DNA of 49,149 nucleotides, counting the filler, from Sphacelaria rigidula (Eukaryota): the NCBI GenBank assembly GCA_964200075.2. It is 3 parts of 3 records of this genome, joined end to end, with 100 filler letters (N's around TTAATTAATTAA, not from the genome) between each part and the next. Parts side by side here need not be neighbours in the genome. Positions count along the whole stretch, not along the records: positions 32,834 to 49,149 come from CAXNAA020001398.1; 2 more parts are not named here. One strand, written 5' to 3'. The position numbers were made by a program, and so were the translations under genes. Within the stretch, counting starts at the first letter, position 1; every line of letters begins with the position of its first letter. Below, piece after piece: positions 49,064 through 49,149 of this stretch. The notes under the pieces were generated by a model, which saw only the letters and a program-made list of their open reading frames with translations, had not been told where the DNA came from and searched no databases.

Positions 49064-49149
49064 GACACTTTCTACGATAGCCCCCCCCCCCCCCCCCCCC
49101 ACCCCCCAACAACACCAACAAAAAAAAAAACAAAAAACAAGCCGGTTCG
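49064..49149. mobile_element. MITE family A, left end (runs off the window)
   Basis: gacactttctacgatagccccc at 49064, the same TIR as at 12657 and 34458. Confidence 0.75.

Overview
This is eukaryotic, repeat-rich genomic DNA, most likely from a brown alga (inferred from roughly 50% GC, intron-rich genes, TTAGGG repeats and brown-algal-type Gypsy/Copia relics). Two 100-nt N spacers containing TTAATTAATTAA split it into three contigs. Almost all ORF-track ORFs are spurious. Two intron-rich genes can be spliced together by hand on the minus strand. (1) A 12-exon, 553-codon, stop-free gene (31421->23066, 5' part missing) carries, in order, the catalytic motifs of Agd3-type (CE18) galactosaminogalactan de-N-acetylases: RRFYLGATVDDMFL, SHTLTH, PGITGLFN...GDNT, IVPRYATYVYYNC and YMFHQAN. 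(2) An ABCC/MRP-type full ABC transporter (48041->35951) has at least 22 exons, one GC-AG intron and an atypical NBD1 Q-loop. The rest is nested transposon debris: hAT/P-like and Tc1-like non-autonomous elements, two related MITE families with 4-bp TSDs, a MITE carrying a telomeric tract, foldback elements with inverted repeats up to 600 bp, a tRNA-derived SINE family, Copia, chromovirus and RTE-LINE fragments, and a GAGCT satellite. The top candidate for an undescribed system is the Agd3/CE18-like deacetylase, which suggests a partially deacetylated amino-sugar extracellular polysaccharide in this alga. All family assignments come from recognising motifs by eye and need HMM or structure confirmation.
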